A stretch of DNA of 64,000 nt, from the NCBI GenBank assembly GCA_963765675.1, contig CAVXXK010000001.1, positions 1,888,001 through 1,952,000 of the forward strand, written 5' to 3'. The position numbers and the translations under genes are program-made. This DNA comes from an uncultured delta proteobacterium (GTDB taxonomy: Bacteria; Desulfobacterota; Binatia; Binatales; Binataceae). This document shows, one piece after another, positions 29,486-39,204 of this stretch. The notes under the pieces were generated by a model. That model ran no database searches, was not told where the DNA came from, and was given only the letters and a program-made list of their open reading frames with translations. Positions within the stretch are counted from its first letter, which is position 1; every line of letters begins with the position of its first letter.

Positions 29486-30868
29486 GTGAAACATCGGATC
29501 GTTAAGAGAGCGATTTCGAGGATCGGCCCTATCGGCGGATCTGCAATGATGGCATTGCTAATCGCATCGACCGTATGGGCGGCAGGTCCGGCCGCCGCGC
29601 CGACCGCCAGTGAGCAACAGCGGCTCGACGCGCTGAGCGGTCAGGTCTCGAACCTGGCGACCAAGGTGGACGATACGCAAAGCGAGGTAAAAAAGATCGA
29701 GAAGGAGATCGTGGTGGCGGCGCCCGCCGATGCGAATGCAAAGCCGCAGACGGTCGGCGAGCATGTGGGGCTGCTCGAAAAGAATTTTGGCGATTTCAAA
29801 ACCAACGTCGAGCAGAATCTCGGCGTCAGCATCCACGGCCTGGTCGACGTCGGGTACGAGCACAACTTCAATCAGCCCAACGGCAACGTGAACACCTTCC
29901 GCGCGTGGGATGAGGACGGTTTTCAGCTCACCCAGGGCAACCTGCATATCGAAAAGGATGGCACGGTTGGCTTTGTGACGGACATCAACTTTGGCCAGGT
30001 GGCCAATTCGATCTCGGCGGCGACCAACTATTCGAACCTCTCGCACGTGGGCGGACAGTTCATCGATCCGACCCAGTACTACCTGACCTACACGGCTCCG
30101 CTCGGGAGCGGGATCAGTCTGCAGGGCGGACGCTTCGTGACTCTGTTCGGCGCGGAAATTATCCCGACCTACCAGAACCAGAATTTCAACGAGACGCGCG
30201 GACTGCTGTTCACGCTGGGCGAGCCGCTGACCCATACTGGAATTCGCGGATCTTACACTTTCAACGATTACGTTTCAGTTACCGCCGGATTGAACAACGG
30301 CTGGGATGATCCTGCCGCCAACAACAATGGCGGACCGACCGGAGAAGGCGAGCTCACGCTCAACACCAAGGACAAGTCGCTAACCTTCGTCGTCAACGGC
30401 AGCATCGGATCGCAGGCGCTTCATTCCTCGAACCAGACCCTGGGCGCGATCGATCCGATCCTCACCTGGAAGCCTTCGTTCGTTCCGAACCTGACCCTCG
30501 AGAGCGAATACCTGTACGGGTCGGAGGACGGCCCCGTCATCAACGGGCATAGCGCCTCGTGGCAGGGCTTCGCGCAGTACATCGTGTACGACTGGAACCA
30601 GTATGAGTTCGCGAGCCGCGGTGAATTCTTCCAGGACAAGGACGGTGCGCGCACCAACGGCAGTGCGCAGACTCTGTGGGAGCTCACGCAGACCGTGTCG
30701 TACAAAGTGCCTGAAGTTACGGGTCTGGTGGTCCGGCTGGAATACCGGCACGACAACTCGAACGTCGCGTCGTTCGCCAACAATAACTTCGTCAACCCGG
30801 TCACCGGCGTTCAGCACATGTGGCGCGGGCAGGACACGATGTCGACGGCGGTGATCTATGCATTCTAA
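29486..30868 (+). CDS. Outer-membrane beta-barrel porin (putative BBP2/DUF1597-like)
   Basis: Signal peptide, coiled coil, GRFVT.FGAE, P.THTG.R, NGWD, RLEYRHD and C-terminal Phe. Confidence 0.82.
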   Translation: MKHRIVKRAISRIGPIGGSAMMALLIASTVWAAGPAAAPTASEQQRLDALSGQVSNLATKVDDTQSEVKKIEKEIVVAAPADANAKPQTVGEHVGLLEKNFGDFKTNVEQNLGVSIHGLVDVGYEHNFNQPNGNVNTFRAWDEDGFQLTQGNLHIEKDGTVGFVTDINFGQVANSISAATNYSNLSHVGGQFIDPTQYYLTYTAPLGSGISLQGGRFVTLFGAEIIPTYQNQNFNETRGLLFTLGEPLTHTGIRGSYTFNDYVSVTAGLNNGWDDPAANNNGGPTGEGELTLNTKDKSLTFVVNGSIGSQALHSSNQTLGAIDPILTWKPSFVPNLTLESEYLYGSEDGPVINGHSASWQGFAQYIVYDWNQYEFASRGEFFQDKDGARTNGSAQTLWELTQTVSYKVPEVTGLVVRLEYRHDNSNVASFANNNFVNPVTGVQHMWRGQDTMSTAVIYAF

Positions 30869-31027
30869 GGGGGTGCACAACCCCTAACCTACGTCTCCGC
30901 GCTCGGGGGAGCGCCCTGGTCAAAGCAGCATGGGCGGCGGACCGATTCGATCGGCTCCGCCGTCCGGCTATTTCGGGTGGCTCGCGCCGACGGAGCGGCT
31001 CTGTTATTGAGATGCATTCACGCTGCG

Positions 31028-32041
31028 ATGAATCTGCCTGCCGCAATTGTTGTTCTGGTGCTGATGCTGTTCGGGCCACTCGCGGTCCACTGGATCGAGC
31101 GCAATATCGAAATTTACATTCTCGCGATTGGCGTGGTCGCGACCATGCTGGCCGGAGGTTTCGAGCGCACGGTCGTCGAGCACGCGCTGACCGAGCCGAT
31201 CCTGATCACGCTTGCGGTGATCGTCGCGGCGATTGCGTTTGGGTACTCACGCGAATATCTCGATCGAATTTTTTCGCTCCTGCGACGGCGGATGAGCCGC
31301 GCGGTTCTGGCCGGAGCGTCGATCTTTATCCTCTCGATCGCTTCGAGCATCATCACCGCGATCGTCGCGGCGATCGTGCTGGTCGAGATTGTCCGGTTGC
31401 TGCACCTCGAGGGCGCGGCGCGTGTCCGCGTGACCGTTGCGGCGTGTTTCGCGATCGGGATGGGTGCGGCGATGACGCCGATTGGCGAGCCGCTGGCGAC
31501 ACTGGCTGCCGCTGCGCTCAAGCTTCCGTTTCTAGGTCTGTTCGATCTGCTGGCGCCCTGGATCATTCCGGGCGCGCTGGCCGCCTCGATCCTGGCCGGA
31601 GTCTTTGCGCGCGGCGATTATCTCGAAGAGACGGCGCAATCGGCAGTGCGAGAATCGCCGCTGATAGCTCTGGCGCAGGGGCTGCGCGTGTACGGGTTTA
31701 TCGCGGGTCTGGTGCTGGTCAGTTATGCGTATGCTCCGCTGGCGGTTGAGATTGTCGGACGGCTTAGCAACGACGCACTGTTCTGGGCGAACACAGTGTC
31801 GGCGGCGCTCGACAACGCGACGCTGGTCGCGCTCGAGGTTCACGACATGACACTGCCGCGGGCGCGCGAGGCGATTTTGGCGCTGTTAATTTCCGGCGGG
31901 ATGCTGATACCCGGGAACATCCCGAATATCATCAGCTCGAGCGCGCTCAAGATCGGCAGCGTGGGGTGGGCGCGAATCGGAATACCGATCGGGCTGGTCG
32001 GTTTGGGCATCTATTTTGCTCTCCTGAAATTCGCGGTATGA
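31028..32041 (+). CDS. DUF1646-family membrane protein (putative cation transporter)
   Basis: TPIGEPL, SAALDNATL and GGMLIPGNIPNII motifs. Confidence 0.8.
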   Translation: MNLPAAIVVLVLMLFGPLAVHWIERNIEIYILAIGVVATMLAGGFERTVVEHALTEPILITLAVIVAAIAFGYSREYLDRIFSLLRRRMSRAVLAGASIFILSIASSIITAIVAAIVLVEIVRLLHLEGAARVRVTVAACFAIGMGAAMTPIGEPLATLAAAALKLPFLGLFDLLAPWIIPGALAASILAGVFARGDYLEETAQSAVRESPLIALAQGLRVYGFIAGLVLVSYAYAPLAVEIVGRLSNDALFWANTVSAALDNATLVALEVHDMTLPRAREAILALLISGGMLIPGNIPNIISSSALKIGSVGWARIGIPIGLVGLGIYFALLKFAV

Positions 32042-32333
32042 CAACGCCGCGCGACAATCGGAAGAAAGGTGGAAGCGGTTGGCTACGAGTTGGGAGGGCC
32101 GCTCAAGCGTGCGCACGATGGCGCCTAAAGTGGCGGCAATTGACCAATTTGCGGGCGTTGCCTTTGTGATGGTTTCATGCGAAACAACTTTGCGGTACCG
32201 CTGCTGCGTCGCGCAGCCGGCATCCTATCCAGGATCATTTGACGATAACGATCGATTGAGCGGCATCCGCCGCTTCGATGCTTCCGCACAACAAGCGCTA
32301 CGGCTGTAAATAGCCAGGAGGGTTACGGGTTCG

Positions 32334-33761
32334 ATGACGCCAAAACAAGTTCTGCAGATGATCAAGGATCAGGGAGTCGTGATGGTCGATATCAAGTTTA
32401 TCGACTTGCTCGGCACCTGGCAGCATTTCACTGCCCCGATTTCCGAATTCAAGGACGAAGCAGCCTTCGATGAGGGCCTTGGCTTCGACGGATCCTCGAT
32501 CCGCGGATGGCAGGCGATCGACGCGAGCGACATGCTCGTGATTCCCGACCCTGACACGGCAGTGATGGATCCGTTCACCAAGGATCCGACCTTGTCGCTG
32601 ATCTGCAATATCTCGGATCCGATCACGCGCACCGATTACTCGCGTGACCCGCGCAATATCTCGCGCAAGGCCGAGGCCTATCTCAAGTCCACCGGAATCG
32701 GCGACCTGTCGTTCTTCGGACCGGAGCCGGAATTCTTCATCTTTGACGGGGTCCGCTTCGATACCACGCAGAATGCGAGCTACTACCATATCGAATCCAA
32801 CGAAGGTAACTGGAACGCGGGCAAGGAGAATGCGGTCCGCGGTGGACTCAACCTTGGCTACAAGATCAGAAACAAGCAGGGGTACTTTCCAGTACCGCCG
32901 ACCGACAGCTTGCAGGACATCCGCACCGAGATGGTGCTCGAGATGGAGCGGGTCGGAATCCGCGTCGAGAAGCAGCATCACGAGGTCGCGACCGCCGGCC
33001 AGGCGGAAATCGACATGCGCTTCCAGCCGCTGACCAAGATGGCGGACTGGCTGACCTGGTATAAGTATATCGTCAAGAACGTGGCCGCGCGCCACGGGAT
33101 GACCGCGACCTTCATGCCCAAGCCGATCTTCGGCGACAACGGCACCGGGATGCATACGCATCAGAGCATCTGGAAGGGCGAGACGCCGCTGTTCGCGGGC
33201 AACGGCTACGCCGGGATGTCGGAACTCGCTATGCACTACATCGCGGGAATCCTGCATCACGCGCCGACAATCGCGGCGTTCACGAATCCCGGCACCAATT
33301 CCTATCGGCGCCTGGTCCCCGGCTTCGAGGCTCCGATCAACCTGGCGTACTCGAGCCGCAACCGCTCGGCTTCGGTGCGAATCCCGATGTACTCGCCGTC
33401 GCCCAAGGCCAAGCGAATCGAAGTCCGCTTCCCCGATCCGACCTGCAATCCGTACCTCGCATTCTCCGCGATGCTGATGGCGGGGCTCGACGGAATCCAG
33501 CGCCGGCTCGATCCGGGCCAACCGCTCGACAAGGACATCTACGCGCTGACGCCGTCGGAGCTGGCCGAAGTGCCGAGCATGCCGGCGTCGCTCGAGGAAT
33601 CGCTCGCCAACTTGAAGCGCGATCACGAGTTCCTGCTGAAGGGCGACGTATTCACCGAGGACCTGATCGAGACCTGGATCGAATACAAGATGGTGAACGA
33701 AGTAAGCGCGATCAGGCTACGGCCGCATCCGTACGAGTTCGCGCTCTACTACGACGCGTAA
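32334..33761 (+). CDS. glnA: Glutamine synthetase type I
   Basis: [34 protein letters not shown] and RIEVR motifs, plus adenylylation-site Tyr (DIY). Confidence 0.98.
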   Translation: MTPKQVLQMIKDQGVVMVDIKFIDLLGTWQHFTAPISEFKDEAAFDEGLGFDGSSIRGWQAIDASDMLVIPDPDTAVMDPFTKDPTLSLICNISDPITRTDYSRDPRNISRKAEAYLKSTGIGDLSFFGPEPEFFIFDGVRFDTTQNASYYHIESNEGNWNAGKENAVRGGLNLGYKIRNKQGYFPVPPTDSLQDIRTEMVLEMERVGIRVEKQHHEVATAGQAEIDMRFQPLTKMADWLTWYKYIVKNVAARHGMTATFMPKPIFGDNGTGMHTHQSIWKGETPLFAGNGYAGMSELAMHYIAGILHHAPTIAAFTNPGTNSYRRLVPGFEAPINLAYSSRNRSASVRIPMYSPSPKAKRIEVRFPDPTCNPYLAFSAMLMAGLDGIQRRLDPGQPLDKDIYALTPSELAEVPSMPASLEESLANLKRDHEFLLKGDVFTEDLIETWIEYKMVNEVSAIRLRPHPYEFALYYDA

Positions 33762-33786
33762 GCTCGAACGATCGATCGCAAACACC

Positions 33787-33825
33787 AAACGGCGGCGCGC
33801 ATCAAGCACGCCGCCGTTTTCTTTT
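33787..33825 (+). terminator. Intrinsic terminator of glnA
   Basis: AAACGGCGGCG...CGCCGCCGTTT stem followed by a T-rich tail. Confidence 0.8.
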
Positions 33826-33881
33826 GGGGCGCCATCTAAGAGAAGAGCACGGGCTCGCACCGGTCCCAAGAGTTACAGCGT

Positions 33882-34013
33882 TCCCATTCGTCATTTCGAA
33901 CGGAGGCTGCCGGAGTGAGAAATCCCGCGACTCCTGCATACGCCCGCGTACTCAAAAGCGCCTGGGTACGCAGAGGCCGGGATTTCTCCCTGCGGTCGAA
34001 ATGACGAATGGGA
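33882..34013. repeat. Family A REP doublet (REPIN-like, no gene)
   Basis: tcccattcgtcatttcga...gagaaatccc, spacer, gggatttctc...tcgaaatgacgaatggga. 33969-34012 matches 24762-24805 at 43/44. Confidence 0.9.
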
Positions 34014-34049
34014 CCTCACTAACGAGTTCGCGATTTCAAACCGCCGTCT

Positions 34050-34895
34050 TTACGGTGCTGTCGGCGGATGCGCGCGCTTCCAGTCTGCGGCTACGTTCGC
34101 CATCGTCGCGAAAGTTACCCCGCGATGAGCCTGGATATGCTTGATCAGCCGCTCGAGCATGAGCATCCGATGGCCGCGCCCGATCACCTGCGGATGCATC
34201 GTGAGCGTGTACACTCCGGTGCCGACGCGCTCGTACAAATAATCAAAATCGCCAGCCCAGATATCGTAAACCGCTTTCGGTGAGGCGAGTCCGCTTTGAA
34301 TTCCCGCGCGGCTGGTCACGTATTCGAACGCGGGAAAATCGTCCAGACCCCAGGTGAACGGCAGCTCGACGACGCCAGTGTCTTTTCCGAAAACGTAAGC
34401 GCCGTCGGCGGGAGCCTGGTCGCCCGCGCGCAGGTAGTACGGCGAAAAATCGTCGCCCATCAGGCTCGAGTCGTAGTCAAAGCGGTGCTTCAGCAGCATC
34501 GCGACCATATTCTCGCTGAGCCCGGCGCCGGGTGAGCGGTAGCCGATTGGGCGGCGTCCTGCAATTTTTTGGATCACTTCGTTGCCGCGCACCAGAATGT
34601 CTTCCTCGTCGGCGGGGCTCTTCGGATGCGTATGCAGATAGCCGTGGTTGCCGACTTCATGGCCGTCGGCGACGATTCGTTCGACGATCTGTGGAAAGGT
34701 CTCCGCGCTATGTCCCGGCACGAACCAGGTTGCGGGAATTTTGAAATCGCGCAGCAGGTCGAGAATTCGCGCCGCACCGACGCGTCCGAACTCGCCGCGC
34801 GAGATGGCGCTCAGCGAGCGTGCGCGGAACCCGCCGATCCACAGTGACAGCGCGTCGAAGTCGAAGCTCAGGCATACCGAAATTTTGGCGTCCAT
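34050..34895 (-). CDS. Polysaccharide deacetylase family (PuuE/HpPgdA-like)
   Basis: SFDFD, TWFVPG, HEVGNHGYLH, YDSS and TMHP motifs. Confidence 0.9.
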   Translation of the reverse strand: MDAKISVCLSFDFDALSLWIGGFRARSLSAISRGEFGRVGAARILDLLRDFKIPATWFVPGHSAETFPQIVERIVADGHEVGNHGYLHTHPKSPADEEDILVRGNEVIQKIAGRRPIGYRSPGAGLSENMVAMLLKHRFDYDSSLMGDDFSPYYLRAGDQAPADGAYVFGKDTGVVELPFTWGLDDFPAFEYVTSRAGIQSGLASPKAVYDIWAGDFDYLYERVGTGVYTLTMHPQVIGRGHRMLMLERLIKHIQAHRGVTFATMANVAADWKRAHPPTAP

Positions 34896-34960
34896 TTCCT
34901 CCCTATGCCACGCATCGAGCGCGCAGCGCCAGAGCGGACCGACGGCGGAATCTGAGCTGA

Positions 34961-37552
34961 TCAGCTCTCGCGCGGACGGGTCGCGGCTTCGAGCTTCTCC
35001 AGCCGCTCCTGGAGCTTTTTGTTCTGCTCGCGCAGTTTGTCCATGTCTTCGCGCAGGCGATTGCCTTCCTCAATATGGCTGCGCCCCTCGCCGAGGATCG
35101 CGACCGCCTCGCTGGCGCGGCGATGGATGCGGCCGTCGAGGTCGCGCTCCGCCAGCCGGCGCATCGGCGCGATTGCGCGCGCGTCGCCGATTTCCTCGAA
35201 CGCCGCCGGCAATCGCATCCGCACCATGAACTCGCGATCGTCGGCGAGTGGAGTGAGAAAGTCGATAATCTCGTCGCGCGCCGACTCCTTGTGGCGCGCG
35301 ATTTTCGCCAGCGTGCCGATTGCGGCGACGCGCGCGCGCGGCGGACGTCCGTACGCGCACCATTCGCGCCCCACGGCGAGCGCGCGGTCGTCGCGCGTCT
35401 CCGCCATCCCGGCCAGAGCATGTGCGCGGATCACGTCGAGATAGGACGGACGTTCGAGAGCTTTTTCGAGCTGCGTGAACCCACGCGGATCGCGAGTCTT
35501 GCCGAGAGCAAGCGCTGCCTCGGCCTCGACGAAATAACTCGGGTCGCCTTTTTCCAGAACCGCGGCGAGCGCTTCGGCTGCGCGCGGATTCGCGCGAAAT
35601 TCGCCGAGCGCGCGCATCACGGAGCGCCGCGCTTTCGGATGAGCCACGCCGATCCCTTCGGTCAGCGCGTCGAGGGCGGCCTCGGTTCTGATTTCTCCCA
35701 GCGCGGCCGCGGCGTCGCCCTGCACGCCCCAGAATTTATCGCCAAGCAACGCAGTTCGCAGCGCGGCGGTCGCTTGAGGACTGCCTTCGATCCCGAGCTC
35801 GTGCGCGGCGGCAGAGCGCCCGATGGCTTCAGGAGCGTGCGTGAGCTCAAGCTCGAGAGCCTCGCGTCCACGCTTATGCTTGAGCGTTTTGACCAGATCG
35901 TGCTCGGGATCGAAGCGGACTGCCTTGGGCGCCTTGTCGCTCGCGAAGAAGAACGCGTGCTCGCGTTCGCGAATTTCGACGCGCTGACGAGTCTCGTGCC
36001 CGTCGGCGTCCATCAGCGCGATCGTCGCCGACAGTCGGAACAGCCCAATCGTTTCGGAAGTCTTCTGCGTCTGCTTGACGGTGACGCTCGCGAGCTTGCG
36101 CTTGTCGTCGAACGCGCTCGTGACCTCGATTTCGGGATGGCCTTCCTTGTAGACCCACTGGTCGAAGAAAAAATCGAGATTGCGTCCAGTCGCGTCGTCG
36201 AACGCGCGCTGCAAATCCTGCGTGATGACGTTCTGCCCGCGATGCCGCGTGCAATAGAGATTGAGCGCCTTGAAAAACAGCGCGTCGCCTACCTCGCGCC
36301 GCAGCATGTGCAGAACGAGCGAGCCCTTCTCGTACAGGTGCCGGTCGAACAGCTCGATCGGCGCGCGATAGCGATTGCACACGATCGGACGGCGGTAGTG
36401 ATGCCCGTCTTCGTCGAAGTAGCCGCCGCGATCCTGGCGCAGGTTCCACGCGAACTCGTCGGCGCCGAGATTTTCCTCGCACCACATCGCTTCGAAATAA
36501 GTCGCGAAGCCCTCGTTCAGCCACGCGTGCGACCAGTCGCGGCAGGTGAGCAGGTCGCCCCACCATTGATGCGCCAGCTCGTGCGCGACCAGAGGGTCGC
36601 TCGAGAAATCGAGATGCGCGCGCGCGTCGTGCATGGTGTCGGCGGTTTGCGTGGTCGCCGAAGTATTTTCCATCCCGCCGAAAATGAAATCGCTGACCGC
36701 GACCTGCGCGTATTTTGCGTACGGATAAGGCACGCCGATTTTGCGCTCGAAGAACTCGATCATCTTCGGCGTATTGCCGAATGCGCGGCGCGCGTCGTCC
36801 TCGCGTCCCGGCTGCACGTAGTACAGGACGGGAGTCGCGCCGGCATGATCCTCGATCGTCGCGAACTCGGCGGCGGCCAGAGTGATCAGGTACGCCGAAT
36901 GTGGAACGTCGTGGCGAAAGTGAAAAGTGCGGGTGTGCGTTGCGGGGTCATGGCGATTCTCGATCAGCGCGCCGTTGGAGACCGCGGTGAACTTTTCGGG
37001 CACGGTCGCGATAACCTCGCTGGTGCCGCGGTTGTTCGGGTAGTCGTAGCACGGGAACCAGTAGCGCGAATCCTCGTCCTCGCCCTGGGTCCACGCCTGG
37101 ACCGGCTTGTCGGGATAGGCGTCATCGGGACCGATGAAATACAGTCCGCGCCGCGGAGTTGCGGAATAATCGATCGCAACTTCGATCTCGTCGCCCGCCG
37201 CCAGAGCGCGCGGGAACGTGATTCGGAGCTTGCGGTCCGCGGTCTCGAACGGGACAGGCTCTCCGCCGGCGCGCACCGCGCTGATCGCGAGCTCGCTCGC
37301 GTCGAATTCGAGCGCTGCGAGCCCGTCGGCAATCGCGGCGATGCGATGCGTCGCCGTGCCGGAGATATCGCGATGCTCGAAATCGAGCGCGAGCTCGATC
37401 TTGATATGCCTGATCTCGGCGCTGCGATCGCGCGGCCAGTTAGGTTCGACGTGCGCGGGCTGGAACGCGCGGCGTCCGCGAGCGAAGCCGGTGAATGCGT
37501 AGCGATCGCCTAACTCAAGCGCCATCTGGTCGAGAAAACGCGGTTTGTGCAT
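34961..37552 (-). CDS. M1 aminopeptidase with C-terminal HEAT repeats
   Basis: GGMEN, HELAH and NEGFA motifs, then HEAT-like repeats and a coiled-coil tail. Confidence 0.93.
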   Translation of the reverse strand: MHKPRFLDQMALELGDRYAFTGFARGRRAFQPAHVEPNWPRDRSAEIRHIKIELALDFEHRDISGTATHRIAAIADGLAALEFDASELAISAVRAGGEPVPFETADRKLRITFPRALAAGDEIEVAIDYSATPRRGLYFIGPDDAYPDKPVQAWTQGEDEDSRYWFPCYDYPNNRGTSEVIATVPEKFTAVSNGALIENRHDPATHTRTFHFRHDVPHSAYLITLAAAEFATIEDHAGATPVLYYVQPGREDDARRAFGNTPKMIEFFERKIGVPYPYAKYAQVAVSDFIFGGMENTSATTQTADTMHDARAHLDFSSDPLVAHELAHQWWGDLLTCRDWSHAWLNEGFATYFEAMWCEENLGADEFAWNLRQDRGGYFDEDGHHYRRPIVCNRYRAPIELFDRHLYEKGSLVLHMLRREVGDALFFKALNLYCTRHRGQNVITQDLQRAFDDATGRNLDFFFDQWVYKEGHPEIEVTSAFDDKRKLASVTVKQTQKTSETIGLFRLSATIALMDADGHETRQRVEIREREHAFFFASDKAPKAVRFDPEHDLVKTLKHKRGREALELELTHAPEAIGRSAAAHELGIEGSPQATAALRTALLGDKFWGVQGDAAAALGEIRTEAALDALTEGIGVAHPKARRSVMRALGEFRANPRAAEALAAVLEKGDPSYFVEAEAALALGKTRDPRGFTQLEKALERPSYLDVIRAHALAGMAETRDDRALAVGREWCAYGRPPRARVAAIGTLAKIARHKESARDEIIDFLTPLADDREFMVRMRLPAAFEEIGDARAIAPMRRLAERDLDGRIHRRASEAVAILGEGRSHIEEGNRLREDMDKLREQNKKLQERLEKLEAATRPRES

Positions 37553-37605
37553 GGCGAAATCCTAAACAGCCCCGCTGACTCGCGCAAACGTGGAGGGACT
37601 ACGCC

Positions 37606-39186
37606 TCACTCGAGCGCGAGCACAATCGCTTCCAGAGGTGCGAGCCGCACCGCGCCCGAGATCGCCCCGGACACTCGCGCCGGATCGCTGCTGATCAGAA
37701 TTTTCGCGCGCGGAACGTCGATTGCGATCGGTGCATTCGAGAAATTCAGCGCGACGAGCGCCTGACTCGCCCTGGCGGTTCGCGCGAACACAAAACAATC
37801 GGCCGGCGAGTCCAGGATTTTCACCTCTCCCGTTTCGAGCGCTGGCGACTCGCGCCGCAGGCGAATCATCCGCCGATAGAACGAGAGCATCGACGTCGGA
37901 TCGTCCGTCTGGCGCGCGGCGTTTATCGCGGCGTAGTCGCCGCATTGGAGCCACAGCTCTCCAGTGGTAAATCCGCCGTGCGTCGCGCCGGACCATTGCA
38001 TCGGTGTGCGGCATCCGTCGCGGCCGACCGGATCGCGCCATTTGGATCTTGCGATCTCGACGTTCGGCATTCCGAGCTCCTCGCCGTAGTAGAGGAACGG
38101 CGTGCCGCGCAGCGAAAGGATCATCACGGCCGCGAGCCGCGCACGCGCCGCAGTGAAATCGCCGTCAGCGTAGCGCGTGATGTGGCGCGGGAAATCGTGA
38201 TTCGAGAGCGTGTAGGTCGGCCACGATCCACGCGGAAATAATTCCTCGACTTGCGCCACCTGCGCGCGAAAGCTCGCCGCACTCCACGGGCAGAAGAGGA
38301 AGCGAAAGTTGAACGCCTGCTGCAATTCGTCGGGGCGCAGATAGTCGGCCAGCGAGCGATTGTCGCGCGGCCAGACCTCGCCGACCAATACGCGGTCGCC
38401 ACCGTATTCCTCGAGCACGCGGCGAAACCCGCGCACTATCTGATGCACCTCGGGCTGATCGACGTCATACAAATGCTGCTGTTTGAGCGCGACGTCGCTC
38501 TGTGTGCCCGGCTCCGCGGTGACCAGAGCGGGATTGTCACGGAACTGAGCGTCCTTGATCATCCCGTGGATCACGTCGACGCGAAATCCGTCGGCGCCGC
38601 GGTCGAGCCAGAACCGCATCACGTTTTGCATCGCGGCCACGACCTCGGGATTGCGGTAATTCAGGTCGGGCTGCGATTCGAGGAACAGATGCAGGTACCA
38701 CTCGCCGGTCGCATCGTCGTACTTCCAGGCGGGTCCGCCGAAGATGCTGACCCAGTTGTTGGGCGGACGATCCGGTGGACCCGGCTTCCAGATGTACCAA
38801 TCGCGCTTGGGATTTGTGCGCGACGAACGCGCCTCGCGAAACCATTCGTGCTGATCCGACGTGTGATTGGGCACCAGATCCAGGATGATGCGGATCCCGC
38901 GCCGATGCGCCTCGGCGATAAGCCGATCGAAGGCAGCAAGATCGCCAAGCTCGGGATGCACGCCGCAGTAGTCGCTTACGTCGTAGCCAAAATCGCGCAG
39001 CGGCGACGGATTGATCGGACTCAGCCACAGGGCGTCGATTCCCAGTGAGCGCGCGGTGCCGTCATTGAGGTAGTCGAGATGCGCCGTGATTCCGTTCAGA
39101 TCGCCGATACCGTCGTCGTTCGAGTCCGCGAAGCTGCGCGGATAAATCTGGTAGAAAATCGCCCGCCGCCACCAATCCGATGCCAT
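37606..39186 (-). CDS. GH13 alpha-glucosidase/alpha-amylase family
   Basis: YQIYPRSF, DLVPNH, DGFRVD, NHD and YYGEE motifs. Confidence 0.94.
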   Translation of the reverse strand: MASDWWRRAIFYQIYPRSFADSNDDGIGDLNGITAHLDYLNDGTARSLGIDALWLSPINPSPLRDFGYDVSDYCGVHPELGDLAAFDRLIAEAHRRGIRIILDLVPNHTSDQHEWFREARSSRTNPKRDWYIWKPGPPDRPPNNWVSIFGGPAWKYDDATGEWYLHLFLESQPDLNYRNPEVVAAMQNVMRFWLDRGADGFRVDVIHGMIKDAQFRDNPALVTAEPGTQSDVALKQQHLYDVDQPEVHQIVRGFRRVLEEYGGDRVLVGEVWPRDNRSLADYLRPDELQQAFNFRFLFCPWSAASFRAQVAQVEELFPRGSWPTYTLSNHDFPRHITRYADGDFTAARARLAAVMILSLRGTPFLYYGEELGMPNVEIARSKWRDPVGRDGCRTPMQWSGATHGGFTTGELWLQCGDYAAINAARQTDDPTSMLSFYRRMIRLRRESPALETGEVKILDSPADCFVFARTARASQALVALNFSNAPIAIDVPRAKILISSDPARVSGAISGAVRLAPLEAIVLALE

Positions 39187-39204
39187 CGTCAGGTCCTTCT
39201 CGTT

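Noticed and set aside
33824-34144. Short ORFs sharing the peptide PGFLPAVEMT (also 24605-24817 and 25174-26166)
   Set aside because: These are translations of the DNA repeat, not a protein family
35075-37513. Long antisense ORFs (812 aa here; also 5600-7579, 790-2061, 3722-5128, 54771-56141)
   Set aside because: Shadow ORFs of GC-rich genes on the opposite strand, with no recognisable motifs
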